Source: Squalus acanthias (lineage: Eukaryota). Taken from it: a stretch of DNA of 64,000 bases. Below, in pieces: positions 35,702 through 47,800 of the stretch (position 1 is its first letter; the number at the start of each line of letters is the position of its first letter). The notes beneath the pieces are model-generated. The model did no database searches. It was not told where the DNA came from and worked only from the letters and a program-made list of their open reading frames with translations. The position numbers were made by a program, and so were the translations under genes. The stretch covers positions 51,958,001 to 52,022,000 of the forward strand of contig CM059432.1 in NCBI GenBank assembly GCA_030390025.1. Reading direction: 5' to 3'.

Positions 35702-37536
35702 CTATTCACCCTTGTGCAATGCCTTAGCACCACTCGTTACTGTGCCTTTGCCTACTCTAGTGCTCCTACAAAGTGTTGGCCCAGTGGCTGCAGCAGGTCT
35801 TGTGGAAGGCTGCTGAGTGTCCGTGCGGGAGACTTCAGATGGTCTTGCAGGACGTCCTCAACTAGTTCTGGGCATGGGCGGCAGCAGTCTGGGCTGGCTG
35901 GATGACAGGCAGCGACAAGGGCAATGACGGAGTGGCAGTGGTGGGAGCAGGAATGCTGTCATCCTGAGAGAGGACACTCCACTGACACACTGCCACTCCC
36001 CCGGGGCAGCATATCAGCATCCCTAGCAATCTGCTGGAGCACAGATTGCTGGCCTGCTGCGACACCGTGAAAGCCCCGGTCGACGGTGGTAGACCCAGCC
36101 ATGATGGCAGCAGTCAGAGCTTACGTGGCATCAAGCTGAGACTGCATGAGAGCAGTCTGAGATTGACTGGCACCAAGCATAGACTGCATTACAGCACTAA
36201 GACGTTGCGTCGCTTCTCTCTGTACTGCAATGGAAGCTGCGACATCGCCCATCACACGCGGCATGAGGTCTGGGTCGCCACGGTCTCTCAGGGAGTCTAC
36301 CATCCTTTGCAGACTGGAAATGATGTGCTCCATGGTGTGCACAGAGCTCTGTGCAATGTTGGAAGCGGACTCCTCCACACTCCTTATCAATGCCGAGAGG
36401 CTCTCGGGCACCCTTGTCAATGCACCTATCATCTCCATGTGCATGCCCATCACCCTTCTTCTTAAGGCCTCCCCATCGAGGTCCTCATCTGAGCCCTGTG
36501 CAGCAGAACTCCCCCTCCGGGGAGCTGGCCCCCGAGCTACCCTTTCCCCCTGCCCTTGCTGCAGCCCACTCCTCCCCGGTGCCTCACCCTGTGCAGATCC
36601 TGCTACTATACTAGCCTCTAAAGAACGTGGAGTGCCAGTATCTGAGCTGGTGTCTGTGGGTGAGAGAACAGTGACACGGTGTGTTCTTCCTCCTTGTCTT
36701 CTCCCACCTCAATCTTTACGGTACCCTCAGGGACAGGCTGCTCAGGTGCTTGCTGAATATCTGAAAGCATTAAGACACAAGAGTCGGTTTAAGGTAAGGG
36801 GAGGGGGGCAGAAAGGGAGAAATGCATGCATACAGCATGGTTAGCTCGAAAGTGCGAAACGCTTGTGGGGTGAGGGGGAAGTGGGATGTGAGAAGAAGGA
36901 GTAGGGATGAACATACCGTTGTTGTCCCCAAGGGGGTCAATGTCGCTGATGGCCATGGCGCTCAACACCTGGCACCCAATATTCTGCAGCACTTGATTCT
37001 CCAGCGCAGACAGTGGTTGGGTGTCGGCTTGTCCCCCACCTGTGCACACCTGCTCCCTCCTGTTATGAGCCACCTTGATCTGCAAGAGAAACAAAAGTGT
37101 GTGAGTGAGTGTGGAGCAATGTGTTTGGGTGATGTGCCTTCCATAGTTGAATAGCTGTCATTGTGCGCAAGGTGTGAGGGTTGGTAGGTAGAGATTGTTG
37201 CTGGGTCAGTGCTGGGGGCGTGATGCTTTGGGCAGTGTGTGAAGACTGTGGTTCAGATAATGGTATGTAGCATTTGTTGAAGCATTCACTCACCCTGACT
37301 ACCCGAGTGAGGTTGTTAAAGTTCTTCCTGCACTGTGTGTGGGTCCTGGGAATCACAGTGCTGCCCGAGACGTGCTGCACTACCTCCCTCCACATGCTGT
37401 GGAAAACTTGTGGCGAGGGCCTCCTGCCAATTGTTGCGTAGAGCACCGCCCTCCGTCTCTCCACAGCGAAAACCAATGACTCCAATGCTTCATTGCAAAA
37501 TCTGCGGGCTCTCTCCCTGGGGTGTGGATCTGCCAT
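35702..37536 (-). pseudogene. Harbinger Myb/SANT-like accessory gene, 3 exons, frameshifted in exon 3
   Basis: Exon 1 37536-37294 (MADPHPRERARRFCNEALESLV...QCRKNFNNL, 81 codons, donor gtgagt). Exon 2 37079-36917 (IKVAHNRREQVCTGGG, donor gtatgt). Exon 3 36760-35702 (acceptor tgctttcag). Confidence 0.8.
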
Positions 37537-37846
37537 GAGTACACCTGGTTCAGTCCTCCGGCACCTTCTCCTTGTCCTGCTTCTGCTTCTGCTGGCTGAG
37601 GCAGCTGCACAGCCAGCAATGCTGAGAATGAAGTACTGCAGCATCAATGAACCGCCCCTTTAAGTACTGAGAAAAGCCTGTGGCAATCGACTTTCGATTA
37701 GACTGCACCTGATATTGGTCCACCCTTTGAATGTAACGCCAATGAGCTTGGGCTAAGACTTGAATTAGGACTCCAAACATGTTTTTGAGCCGTGAGCACG
37801 AATTTTGCGTGCACTCTAAAGCATTAGCACCTGACGCTAATTCTCC

Positions 37847-39618
37847 GGGCTGAACTTTGCCGATGCTCAGAGTGCGGGTTTGGAGGCGGGTCTGCTGTCA
37901 AAATTGAAATGATTGACAGTGGGTTGGAAACCCACTCCGAACCCACCTCCATGTAAGTTTCCAGAGTGTCGGGTCTGCGATTTCAGAACAGACCCGACAC
38001 CAAGCGGCGAGGGAGGCATTTAAGATACTTAACTGCTTGTTTACTACTATTTTGCCAACCTTTTTCTATTTTGCCACATTTTTAACGGGGTTCACGTCGT
38101 TCAGAGATCACGTCAGGTAAGTAGGTCGGGTTCTCTATGTCTCCCCATTGCTGTGAATAGGTGACAGCTGCAAAAGTGGTATAAAAGCTACCATTTCACA
38201 GCTGGTCACTTTCCAATGTCAGAAGCTTGAGCCTTCGAGACTTGAAAGACACTTTTGAGCTGCATGCAGTTTGAAAGTGTTTGGAGTAAACTCTCTATCC
38301 ACTGTCACCTCCTTGGAGCAAGCTCTCTCACCATTGACAGATCGCTTCTGTCATCTCAAATTCAGCTGCCATCTATTCCAGCAACATCAGTGTCCATGAA
38401 AAAATCTCACCTTGTTCCTCTGAATCCCTCCACGATCAGCCCCAACTCCAACATCACCAGGCACACCAACATCACCAACAACACCAACCTTCTCCGCAAT
38501 CACCTGATGCTGCACAGGACACAGGCCATCAGCACCTGACAACAATGCTGCCCGGGGGGCCAGCGATGGCATCATCATGGCCAGATTTACTTCACTTGAT
38601 GTGTACACCCTGGTTGCCACATGATGCGCCAGGTTAACACCACCCCACACCAGCACCACAAAGCATTCCTACAATAACCAAGCCATTCCTTTCACACTCA
38701 TCAGGATTGCGGGGGATACCGTAATGTCTCACCATTCACTGCAACTCACTAAGACACTTCCAAAGGTGAGTTTAGATCTGTCCAATAAAGGGCACTTTTA
38801 GAAAAATAGATTTCACTGTATGACAACACATTACCAGAAACTTCACATGGACATTGGCTAAACCTTTCAAGTGCCTACCCTTGTGTGTTGTTAGTTGGTA
38901 TGATTGCACTAGGATGAGGGTGAGTGTGAGGGGTGGCTAGTGAGATGGGAAGTGATAAAGTAGAGAGAGAGGGTTGGGTGGAGTTGCAAGGTAAGTTGGT
39001 GTGAGTAAGGATGTGCAGGAGAAGGGTATGGAAGGCAGAGTGATGGCAATGTGTTGAGTGGCACAGCAGGGTGAGTTTGAGTGTGACTTTGCAGTAACGT
39101 TTCATGATCCGCTGAGATCATTGAAAGGTTGGCGCCACTGCAGCCAGGCACCCCTGACGACATCCCTGCTTTTGCCCTCCTGTGCAATGTGCAACCAGGT
39201 TGCACTGGTGTCCTGGGGAGGTCTCTTCCACCCTTGGAAGGGAAGAGAACCTCCATGCGCGCTGTGACTCCCTCCATAAGCATATGGAGGGAGTCATGTG
39301 AGAGCCTGGGTGCAAGCGTTCACCTTCGTGCAGTGCTTGTCAGTGTTTGCAGCACCTCAATGCTGTCAAACACTGACAGAACAATTATCAAACTCCATGT
39401 GGACGTGGTCACTTTAAGGAAACCAGCTGATGACGCATCATCAAATGACTTCATCAGACCCAGTTCATGTTAATTGGCCGGGAAGCCCGTGGGGTGAGCT
39501 TAACAAGGCCAATCAAGGGAAAATTACGTCTACAGAGCGGCTGCAGCTGGGAGCGGGACCGGATCCAGGAAATCAGTTCTCCCGCCACCATCCCGTCTCC
39601 TCCATTAAATTTGCGGCC
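37847..39618 (+). mobile_element. Non-autonomous Harbinger derivative with Myb-like remnant
   Basis: Ends gggctgaacttt / aaatttgcggcc and minus-strand MLMEGVTARMEVLFPS. Colinear with 58707-60370 and inverted relative to 39679-41451. Confidence 0.8.
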
Positions 39619-39678
39619 TTAGTTCCCCATTATTTCCAAAATGTTTTTTGTGCCTTCTACCATGAAGACAGTTACAAA
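39619..39678 (-). mobile_element. 60-bp island of the host CR1 family A
   Basis: Reads FVTVFMVEGTKNILEIMGN, the in-frame continuation of KEMAETLNKY at 41452-41484. Confidence 0.85.
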
Positions 39679-41451
39679 GAGCTGAATTTTACGAACCTTA
39701 GCAGGTCTGTGGTGGGTGACGTCGGTGGCGGATCCCGGCTCCGCTGCTGGCTTCAGCCCGCTGTGCAGAATGAATTTACCTTGATTGGGCTTGTCAAACC
39801 CGCCCAATGCATTTCCCGGCCAATTAGAGGAAGCGGGTCTGATGATGTCATTTGATGACACATCATCAGCCTGTTTCCTTAAAGGGACCATGGCCAACTT
39901 TAACTTGATATTTGTGCTGTCAGTGTTCTACAGCATTGAGGTGCTGCAAACACTGACAAGCACAGCACAGAGGTACACAGCTGCACCCAGACTTTCACAT
40001 GACTCCCTCTATTTGCTTATGGAGGGAGTCACAGCACACAGGGAGGTCCTCTTCCCTTCCCATGGGCGGAGAAGACCTCCCTAGGAGATTAACGCAGCCT
40101 GGTTGCACATTGCACATGAGGACACAAGCAGGGATGTGGTCAGGAGGCCCAGGCTGCAGTGGCTCCAACCTTTCAATGATCTCAGTAGATCACAAAATGT
40201 TACTGCCAAGCCACACTCAACCTCATCCTGCTGTGCCATTCATCACATCCCCATCACTCTGCCTTCCCTACCCTACTCCTGCACATCCTTACTCACACCA
40301 ACTTACCTTACACCTCCACCCATCCCTCTCTATCTACATTATCACATCCCCATCTCACTAGCCACCCCTCACACTCACCCTCATCCTAGTCCAATCATAA
40401 CAACTAACAACACACAAGGTTAGGCACTTGAGTGTTTTATCCAATGTTCATGTAAAGTTTCTGTTAATGTGCTGTCAAACATTGAAACCTTTATTTTCAA
40501 CACTTTGCGTTCTTTGACAGATTTGTGTGCACCTTTGGAAGTGGCTTAGTGAGTTGTAGTGAATGGTGAGACATAACGGTATACCCCGCAATGGTGATGA
40601 GTGTGAAAGGAATGGCTTGGGCATTGTAGGGATGTTTTATGGTGTTGGTGTGCGGTGGTGCCAATGTGGCGCATTATGTGGCAGCCAGGGTGTACAGCGT
40701 GAAGTGAAGTAAATATGGCAATGGTGATGCCATCCCTGGCGTCCCAGACAGCAATGTGGTCAGATGCTGATGCCCTGTGCAGCATTAGTTGATTGCAGAG
40801 AAGGTTGGTGTTTTTGTTGGTGCTGCTAATGTGCCTGGTGATGCTGGTGTGCCTAGTGATGCTGGTGTTGGGGCTGATCGTGGTGGGATTCTGAGGACCA
40901 AGGTGAGAGAGTTTCAATGGCACCCATGCAGATGGAATAGATTGCAAGTGAAGTAGAGATGACAGAAGCGATCTGTCAATGATGGGAGAGGTAATGAGGT
41001 GAGACTGGATGGAGACTTGTGTAAAGACTTGCAGCATTCTGAATCTGTAGTGGAAATGCAGTTTAGAGAAGCTAGTGGTTAAGGGAACATTTCTCAATCA
41101 GCTGGGAGCTTTGATTTGACATTTGAAGCTGTCAACTCATCAGCTGATTCAATGGCCAAGCTTCACAGACAAGGTCTAGGCACAGCGGGAAACCGGTGGG
41201 TGGCCTGTCAAATTCAAAAAGCTGGGGAAAAAACCATTGTTAAGTGGCTGTAAACAAGCCACTAATGATTTTAATTGCCTCCCCCGCCGCTGCGTGTCGG
41301 GTCTGCTCAGCGCTGACAGACCCGACATTTGGTAAAGGCGTGTGGTGCCGGGTTCACAGCGGGGTCCCGACCCGCTGGAGAAAAGAACCACTTTCCCACC
41401 TGACCCGCCACCGATCGCACCCGCTGACCCCCCCCCCACAAAATCCAGCCC
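39679..41451 (-). mobile_element. Non-autonomous Harbinger derivative (opposite orientation)
   Basis: TIR gagctgaatttt / aaaatccagccc, exact TSD aaa (39676-39678, 41452-41454), and AAPRLSHDSLYLLMEGVTAHREVLFPSHGRRRP remnant. Confidence 0.9.
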
Positions 41452-42480
41452 AAAGTATTTGTTTAATGTCTCTGCCATTTCCTTATTGCCCATTATAATT
41501 TCTCCTGTCTCTGCCTCTAATGGGCCCATGTTTACTTTCATTAATCTCTTCCTATTTACATACCTATAGAAATGTTTATAATCTGTTTTTATGTTTCTTG
41601 CTAATTTACTCTTTTTTTCTCTTTCCTTTTCAATTTCTTGGTCCTCCTTTGCTGAATTCTAAAATCCTCCCAATCCTCAGGCTTACTATTCTTTTTGGCA
41701 ACATTATAGGCCTCTTCCTTTGATCTAATACTATCTTTAGCTTCTCTTGTTAGCCATGGTTGGACCACTTTTCCTGTGGGTTTTTTGTGCCTTAAAAGAA
41801 TGTATATTTGTTGTAAATTATATATTAATTCTTTAAATGCTAGCCATTGCTTGTCTACCGTCATATCTTTTAATGTAGTTTCCCAATCTACCTTGGCCAA
41901 CTCACCACTCATACCTACATAGATTGCTTTGTTTAGATTTAAGACCCTAGTTTTGGACTTAACTAAATCACTTTCAAACTCAATATAAAATTCTATCATA
42001 TTATGGTCACTCTTCCCTAAAGGCCCCTTTACTACAAGGTTATTAATTAACCCTTTCTCATTGCACAATACTAGATCTAAAATAACCTGTTCCCTAGTTG
42101 GTTCCTCAACATACTGATCAAGAAAACTATCTTGTATGCATTCCATGAACTCGTCCCCCAAACTATTACTGCAAATGTGGTTTGCCCAAATGTAGATTAA
42201 AGTTCCCCATGATTATTACCCTTGTTACATACAGCTCTAATTTCCTGATTTATACTCTGCCCTACATTACAACTACTGTTAGGGGGCCTATAAACAACTC
42301 CCACCAATGTTTTCTGCCCCTTGCTGTTTCTTAGCTCCACCCAAACTGATTCTACTTCTTGATTTTTTGAGCTAAGATCCTTTCTCTTTACTGTCTTTAT
42401 CCCATCCTTTATTATCAGGGCTACCCCATCTCTTTTTCCATTTTGCCTATCTCTTCTAAAAGTTAAGTACCCTGGAATAC
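41452..42480 (-). mobile_element. CR1 family A, APE/linker part
   Basis: IPGYLTFRRDR, GVVYRPPNS, ILDLVLCN, LGKSDHN, IIMGNKEMAETLNKYF. Confidence 0.92.
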
Positions 42481-44269
42481 AAAGCGATGTGTCCATTAAT
42501 AAACCTATGTTCTGTGATGGGTACGTTAATTCTCAGCAAGCTTTTCAGGCATACAGGTAGAACCTAACCACATAGTAGTGTAATACAGTACACAAAACAG
42601 CAACACAAACAATACAGTATATAAATGGATATGTACATTTATAAACTGATTATGTCTCATCTACTCTTTATACAGATGAAGGGGAGTTAAGTATATTGCA
42701 GGACATATCAAAGAGCACCAAACAGCCCAGCAGCACCCATTATCACATCCACTAGCATGAGCACCAAGCAATGGCACTGCAGCAATAGAACAACAATGCA
42801 GAGCATTTCAGTAATGATGTATAAGAGGAATCAGCAGGTCAAGGGCCAAACACTTACAAGAAAGGATCAAGCACTTGCAATAGGGAGGGTTTGGAAGGAA
42901 CTGGGGATTCTGGGTGGACCAGCCTGCTCAGTGCCTCTCCTCAGTTGCCCAAGGATGCAAACCTCAATGAGCCAGCTTTCAGTCAGAGGATAGTGCATGT
43001 GGTTGCTGTTGATGAGTCACTAGATTCCATAAACAGGATTTTAGAAGATGATCTAGGCAGTTGATGGAGCCCTGTAGTCATCTTCCCCATAAATCAACAA
43101 CGCAGCACCACCCACTAGCACCAAGCAATGGCACTGCAGCAAATGACTAGCACTACAGGACACTTGGGTAGTGATGATGTAGTTACTCTGAGCTCTCCTT
43201 CTGTAGGTGCTGTGGTGATACTTTCAAATTTTGCTTTCCATCATTACAATTAAGTCCAGCTCAACATGTGACCATTTATATGTTTTGCCAGTGGGAAGTT
43301 GCAGCATCTCCTTGTGATAAGTTGTTAATGGTCCCTTAATAAGTTTTAACAAGTAAGTGTTTCTCTCTTCATTAATGACACCACACATTTTTTTAGAATG
43401 GATGGAAAACTCTGAACATCAGTCATAATGGCAGGAGTGACCATTACCATTTATCACACAGTTTTTTTGAAGTTGTTAAATTTAACCAGCAGAAAATACA
43501 TCCCATTATCTCTTATCATGGAGAACATCCATAGCACTTAAATCTACTGCCAGTTATGTAGTCTTAAGGATTAAATGCATAAGATCAGTCTTCTGCATCA
43601 AGCTTTTTAATGTGATCAGTGATTAATGGTTTGGCAGCTTTACCATAACATTACAAGCAGCCTGACCTGCTGAGTATTTCCAGCACGTTTTCATTTTATT
43701 TACAATTTCTGTACTGTGTTTGAATAAAAATAGAAATGCTCTTGTTCTTTTTAGCTCAAAATATCTTGGAAAGAACATTTCCATTTTCTGAAACAGTCAA
43801 CCACCAACTCAAAATTAATTAATAAAAAGGAAACTGTTCACCAATAATTTAATCTGCATTTGCTGTTGCGACAAGAGATTACTCTGAAGGAAGGAATTAG
43901 AGTGAATAAATACTAGCCATAGAAATTGCCAGTCATCAACTATAAATTATTTCTTAACAAACTTGCAGTAATGACTCAGCAGTGCTATGGTACAAACATT
44001 ATCATCACACATCGGCGACAAAATGTATATTGGCAGTCAGCTTCAGCACAGTCAGTGCTGTTACAGAAATGGTCACAAATGTGAATACAACCATCTCTTA
44101 AATGAATTATGAAGAGATAATAGATATTCTGGAGTAAATTCAAAGTGCTAATCAAATCTTGGGTTCACAAGCTAGTTATAAACCACTCAAGCTTCACTCT
44201 CACAGTCTATGATTTCATCTGAACCCTTGATTAGATTATTGTTTCAGAGGATCACATAACACATTTCAC

Positions 44270-44546
44270 TAAAACAAAACCAGAAAATGCTGGAAATACT
44301 CAGCAGATCAGGCAGCATCTGTGGGAGAGAGGTGACCTTTCATCAGAATTGGAAGACGTCACAGATGAACAGCTTTTAAGCAAATAGAGCATGGGGAAAC
44401 GGGGCAGGAAAAGAACAAAAGGGAATGGTCTGTGATAGGGTGAGTGATTAAATGACAAAAAGGGATGATGGTGCAAGGCAAAATGAGGTAATAATAGGAT
44501 AAGTATAGAAACAAAAGATGGGTCCAGAGAAGGTATAAATGGCAGT
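44270..44546 (-). mobile_element. Penelope pLTR remnant, hammerhead partly deleted
   Basis: Colinear with 29715-29995; retains CTGATGAaaggtc but has lost the GAAA half. Confidence 0.8.
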
Positions 44547-44807
44547 GTGTATTTGCAACACCAAAGTTGTGATTGGTCCCCTTGGATGACAAGACCAGAT
44601 TTCTGATTGGTCACGTTGGAGGACAAGACACCCCCAGCAGTTTGTCTAGAAAGTGTAATTAGATCCTGCCTGCCTGAGTGATCAAGTACTTTGCAATGTG
44701 TAATTTGATCCATTCATTCTGACTACCAGGGCCAAACAGAGCTCACAGTACTGCTTTCAGAGAACAGACAGGGCTCACCCTCACGGGTTAGGACCTTCTC
44801 TGCCCAC

Positions 44808-45040
44808 TCCCCACCCCCCCCCCAACAAGTTCCTGAGCTTCTCCCCACCCTCCAAGTTCCTGACCTTCTCTCCACCCCCTCACCCCCCCCCCCCCTCCCC
44901 GCAACAAGTTCCTGGCCTTTTACCTCCCACCAGTTCCTGACCCCCCTCCCAACAACTTCCTGACCTTCTCTCCCCCCCCCCAGTTCCTGACCTTTTCCCC
45001 ACACCCCAGAGTTCCTGACCTTCTCCCCCCCCTCTCCCCC
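44808..45040. repeat. Degenerate C-rich tandem repeat (agttcctgaccttctcccc units)
   Basis: About 7 copies of agttcctgacc separated by C-runs; the same motif recurs at 45420-45460. Confidence 0.75.
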
Positions 45041-45469
45041 ATAGATGGGGCATTGTGTGTGGGTCACAGCTTGTTAACAGGTTTATTGAGTATGGTGAAT
45101 AGTGACAGTATCATGACTTCCGGATTTTGTCCAGTCCAATGATGTCACTTGCTTCACATGTGTCGGGCTTTCCGAGAAATCGACCAGGTCTGGGGGGAGG
45201 AGAGGGAGAATATGGTGTGGGTGTAAAGGGGGAGGGGTGGGGTTGGAAGAACGTGATCCATGTCTAACAGAGGGAGAGAACATGATCTGTTTTCCCATCT
45301 GGATCACGTTCTCGCTCTCAACCTCCCTCTTTAGACCTGGATCACGTTCGACCCCCCCCCTCCCCACTGTTCTCTCTGTTCTCTCCACCACCTCCATCCC
45401 CCCTCCCCCCCCCCGGCCGAGTTCCTGACCTTCTCTCTCCCTGAGCTCCTGACCTCCTCCCCCTCTTCT

Positions 45470-45700
45470 GAGCTCCTCTCCTCTCCCCCTTCATTCCCCT
45501 CTCCTCTCTTCCCTACCATCCGATCCGCTCTACTCTCCCCACCCTTCGATCCCCTCTCCTCTCTCATCCACTCTCCTCTCCCCTCATCAATCCCCTCACC
45601 TCTCTCCCCCCTTTGATCCCCTCTCCTCTCTCATCAACTCTCCTCTCCCCCCTTCGATCTCCTCTCCTCTCTCCCCCCCTTCGATCCCCTTTTCTCCCCC
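45470..45700. repeat. CT-rich low-complexity repeat
   Basis: Repeated ccttcgatcccctctcctctct-like units. Confidence 0.75.
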
Positions 45701-45783
45701 ACCCATCTGATTCCCTGACCTTCTCCGCACAGGGCTGAGGAAAGCGTGGTGGTGCAGGTGGCAGCCACCACACCATTGGGTAC

Positions 45784-46163
45784 TGCGCATGCGTGACCGG
45801 ATCGAGTGCACATGCACGACCGGATCGAGTGCGCATGCGTGACCGGATCGAGTGCACATGCGTGACTGGATCGAGTGCGCATGCGTGATTGGATCGAGTG
45901 CGCATGCGTGACCGGATCGAGTGCACATGCACGACCGGATCGAGTGCGCATGCGTGACTGGATCGAGTGCACATGCATGACCGGATCGAATGCGCATGCG
46001 TGACTGGATCGAGTGCACATGCATGACCGGATCGAATGCGCATGCGTGACTGGATCGAGTGCACATGCATGACCGGATCGAATGCGCATGCGTGACTGGA
46101 TCGAGTGCACATGCACGACCGGATCGAATGCACATGCACGACTGGATCGGGTGCACATGCGTG
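45784..46163. repeat. 23-bp minisatellite, 16.5 copies
   Basis: Unit tgcRcatgcRYgacYggatcgaR. Unit 17 starts at 46152 (16 x 23 from 45784). Confidence 0.97.
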
Positions 46164-46793
46164 GTACCAAACAAGCACGTGTGCGCAGAGAGAGTCAAAA
46201 AAGCGGTGCAAATAATCACTCCAGGTTTAAATGGTTTTCTGCTGTCTCAGATTTCCACAGAATTTTGCTTTTTTTTCACATTTAACTGTTGTTTTTCAGG
46301 ATAACTCATTTATCAGGTTTGAATGAAGTACAAGGTTCAGCAGTAGAAATCAAACCAGTTTATTAGCACAATCCCTATCAGGCAATTTGCAGTTTGCACA
46401 ATGCTGTGCATGCTAATTTCAAGCAATTTTCTTTTTACACAATTTGACTTCCACATGACCGAGCCAGTAAATCTTCTCAAACCCTGTCTGTCCTGCATCA
46501 GGTCTAACCTTCACCAGGGGTTTATCTATGGGTTATCTAGGGTTTATCTACATTAATTTTGAATTTGTATTTTATCCAGGCATAAAGAGGGAGAGAGAGA
46601 AAGAAACTTACCTTTATCTTCCCACCTATTCCTCTTCCCCAAATCATGCAGGCTTTGCAGGAAGGAAAATTTGCAAATCAACATTGCCAGCGTGGCAATT
46701 CACATTCCTGCATTAGCTGTTAGCACAGCTTCCACATAGGGGTGCCAATCCTCCCAGATTGTCTTGGGGTCTCCCAGAACTAAAAAAAAAATA

Positions 46794-47511
46794 GGGGTAG
46801 AGTTTCCGTTCATCTACACCAGTAGTATTATACAATTTTGAGGGAATTGGCCAAACCAGCGCAAAAGATCAGGGAATTTTAAACATGAGTTACACCCAAA
46901 ACCATTTATGTTCGTGTTCTCCGCGATCTTTAACACTGGTTTAAGGTTAAATTTGCGAGACCAGGCCCTGTCCACAAAACTGGCCATGCCCCCAGGTCAA
47001 CATTGTGAGTTTCCGTCGATTGCGCTGGTTAGGGAAGACACTTCAATTTGTGCTATTTTTCTTGGGCCCACAGGCACTAGTAGGCACGTTTTAAAAGTTT
47101 TTTCATATCAAAAAATATTTAATTTACTAAAACACTGACTAGTGTACACCAATGAAAGTAGTAAATGGTTCAGTATAGTGTTTTTAAGTAATTTTCAGTG
47201 ATTTTAAATCAGATTACTCACAGGTGGAAGAGTGGACACTATTAAAAATGCTTATTTTTTGATAAACCCATTTTCAGCAGTATTAATAAAACTGCACCAG
47301 GTTACCACATTTAAATAAATTAATTAATATTGGAAAGAAAAAAATAAATGATTACGTTCTATTACGCTACCCGATTGCGCAGGTTCATGGAAGATTTTAC
47401 GTTTGTGATTACACAAATGTTTTTTATCGGAAACATGAACCTAACCAGCGCAATTTCGAGCGCATTTTAGGTGCAATTTCCGAATTGCACCTAAATCAGA
47501 ACCTCTACCCC
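46794..47511. mobile_element. Harbinger-type MITE
   Basis: TIR ggggtagag / ctctacccc, flanks ata/tta, and subterminal hairpin ttaggtgcaatt-tccg-aattgcacctaa. Confidence 0.8.
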
Positions 47512-47800
47512 TTAATCCCCCGATGCTGCTGAGAGCAACCCGGGAGAAAAATCATAGGGCATTTTTTACTCCCGCTTTGCTCTGGCCAGACTCACAAATA
47601 GCAGGGCAGCAACACGCTTTGGGTGTAATACAGCCCTGGCGTGTGCACGTTCTAACTATCAAAACCACACAATGGATACATCAGTTTCCACAACACAGAG
47701 CTTTGTGGGTATTGAAGCCGCCATTATTGGCTGATTGCTGTGAGGTGACCAATGGCGGGAGCATGTGGTGGGGCAGTTGAAGGCAGGAGGTCATGTGATG

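Larger units (their letters stand above)
33910..37846 (+). mobile_element. Near full-length two-gene PIF/Harbinger transposon (defective; right end truncated)
   Basis: Transposase on + and Myb/SANT-like gene on -, arranged convergently, with tagcgcc-type subterminal motifs. Inserted in a CR1. Confidence 0.88.

Noticed and set aside
45784..46163. CRISPR-like array, and 178-215 aa His/Cys-rich ORFs in three minus frames
   Set aside because: Units are contiguous with no unique spacers and no cas genes. The ORFs exist only because the 23-bp unit lacks minus-strand stops.
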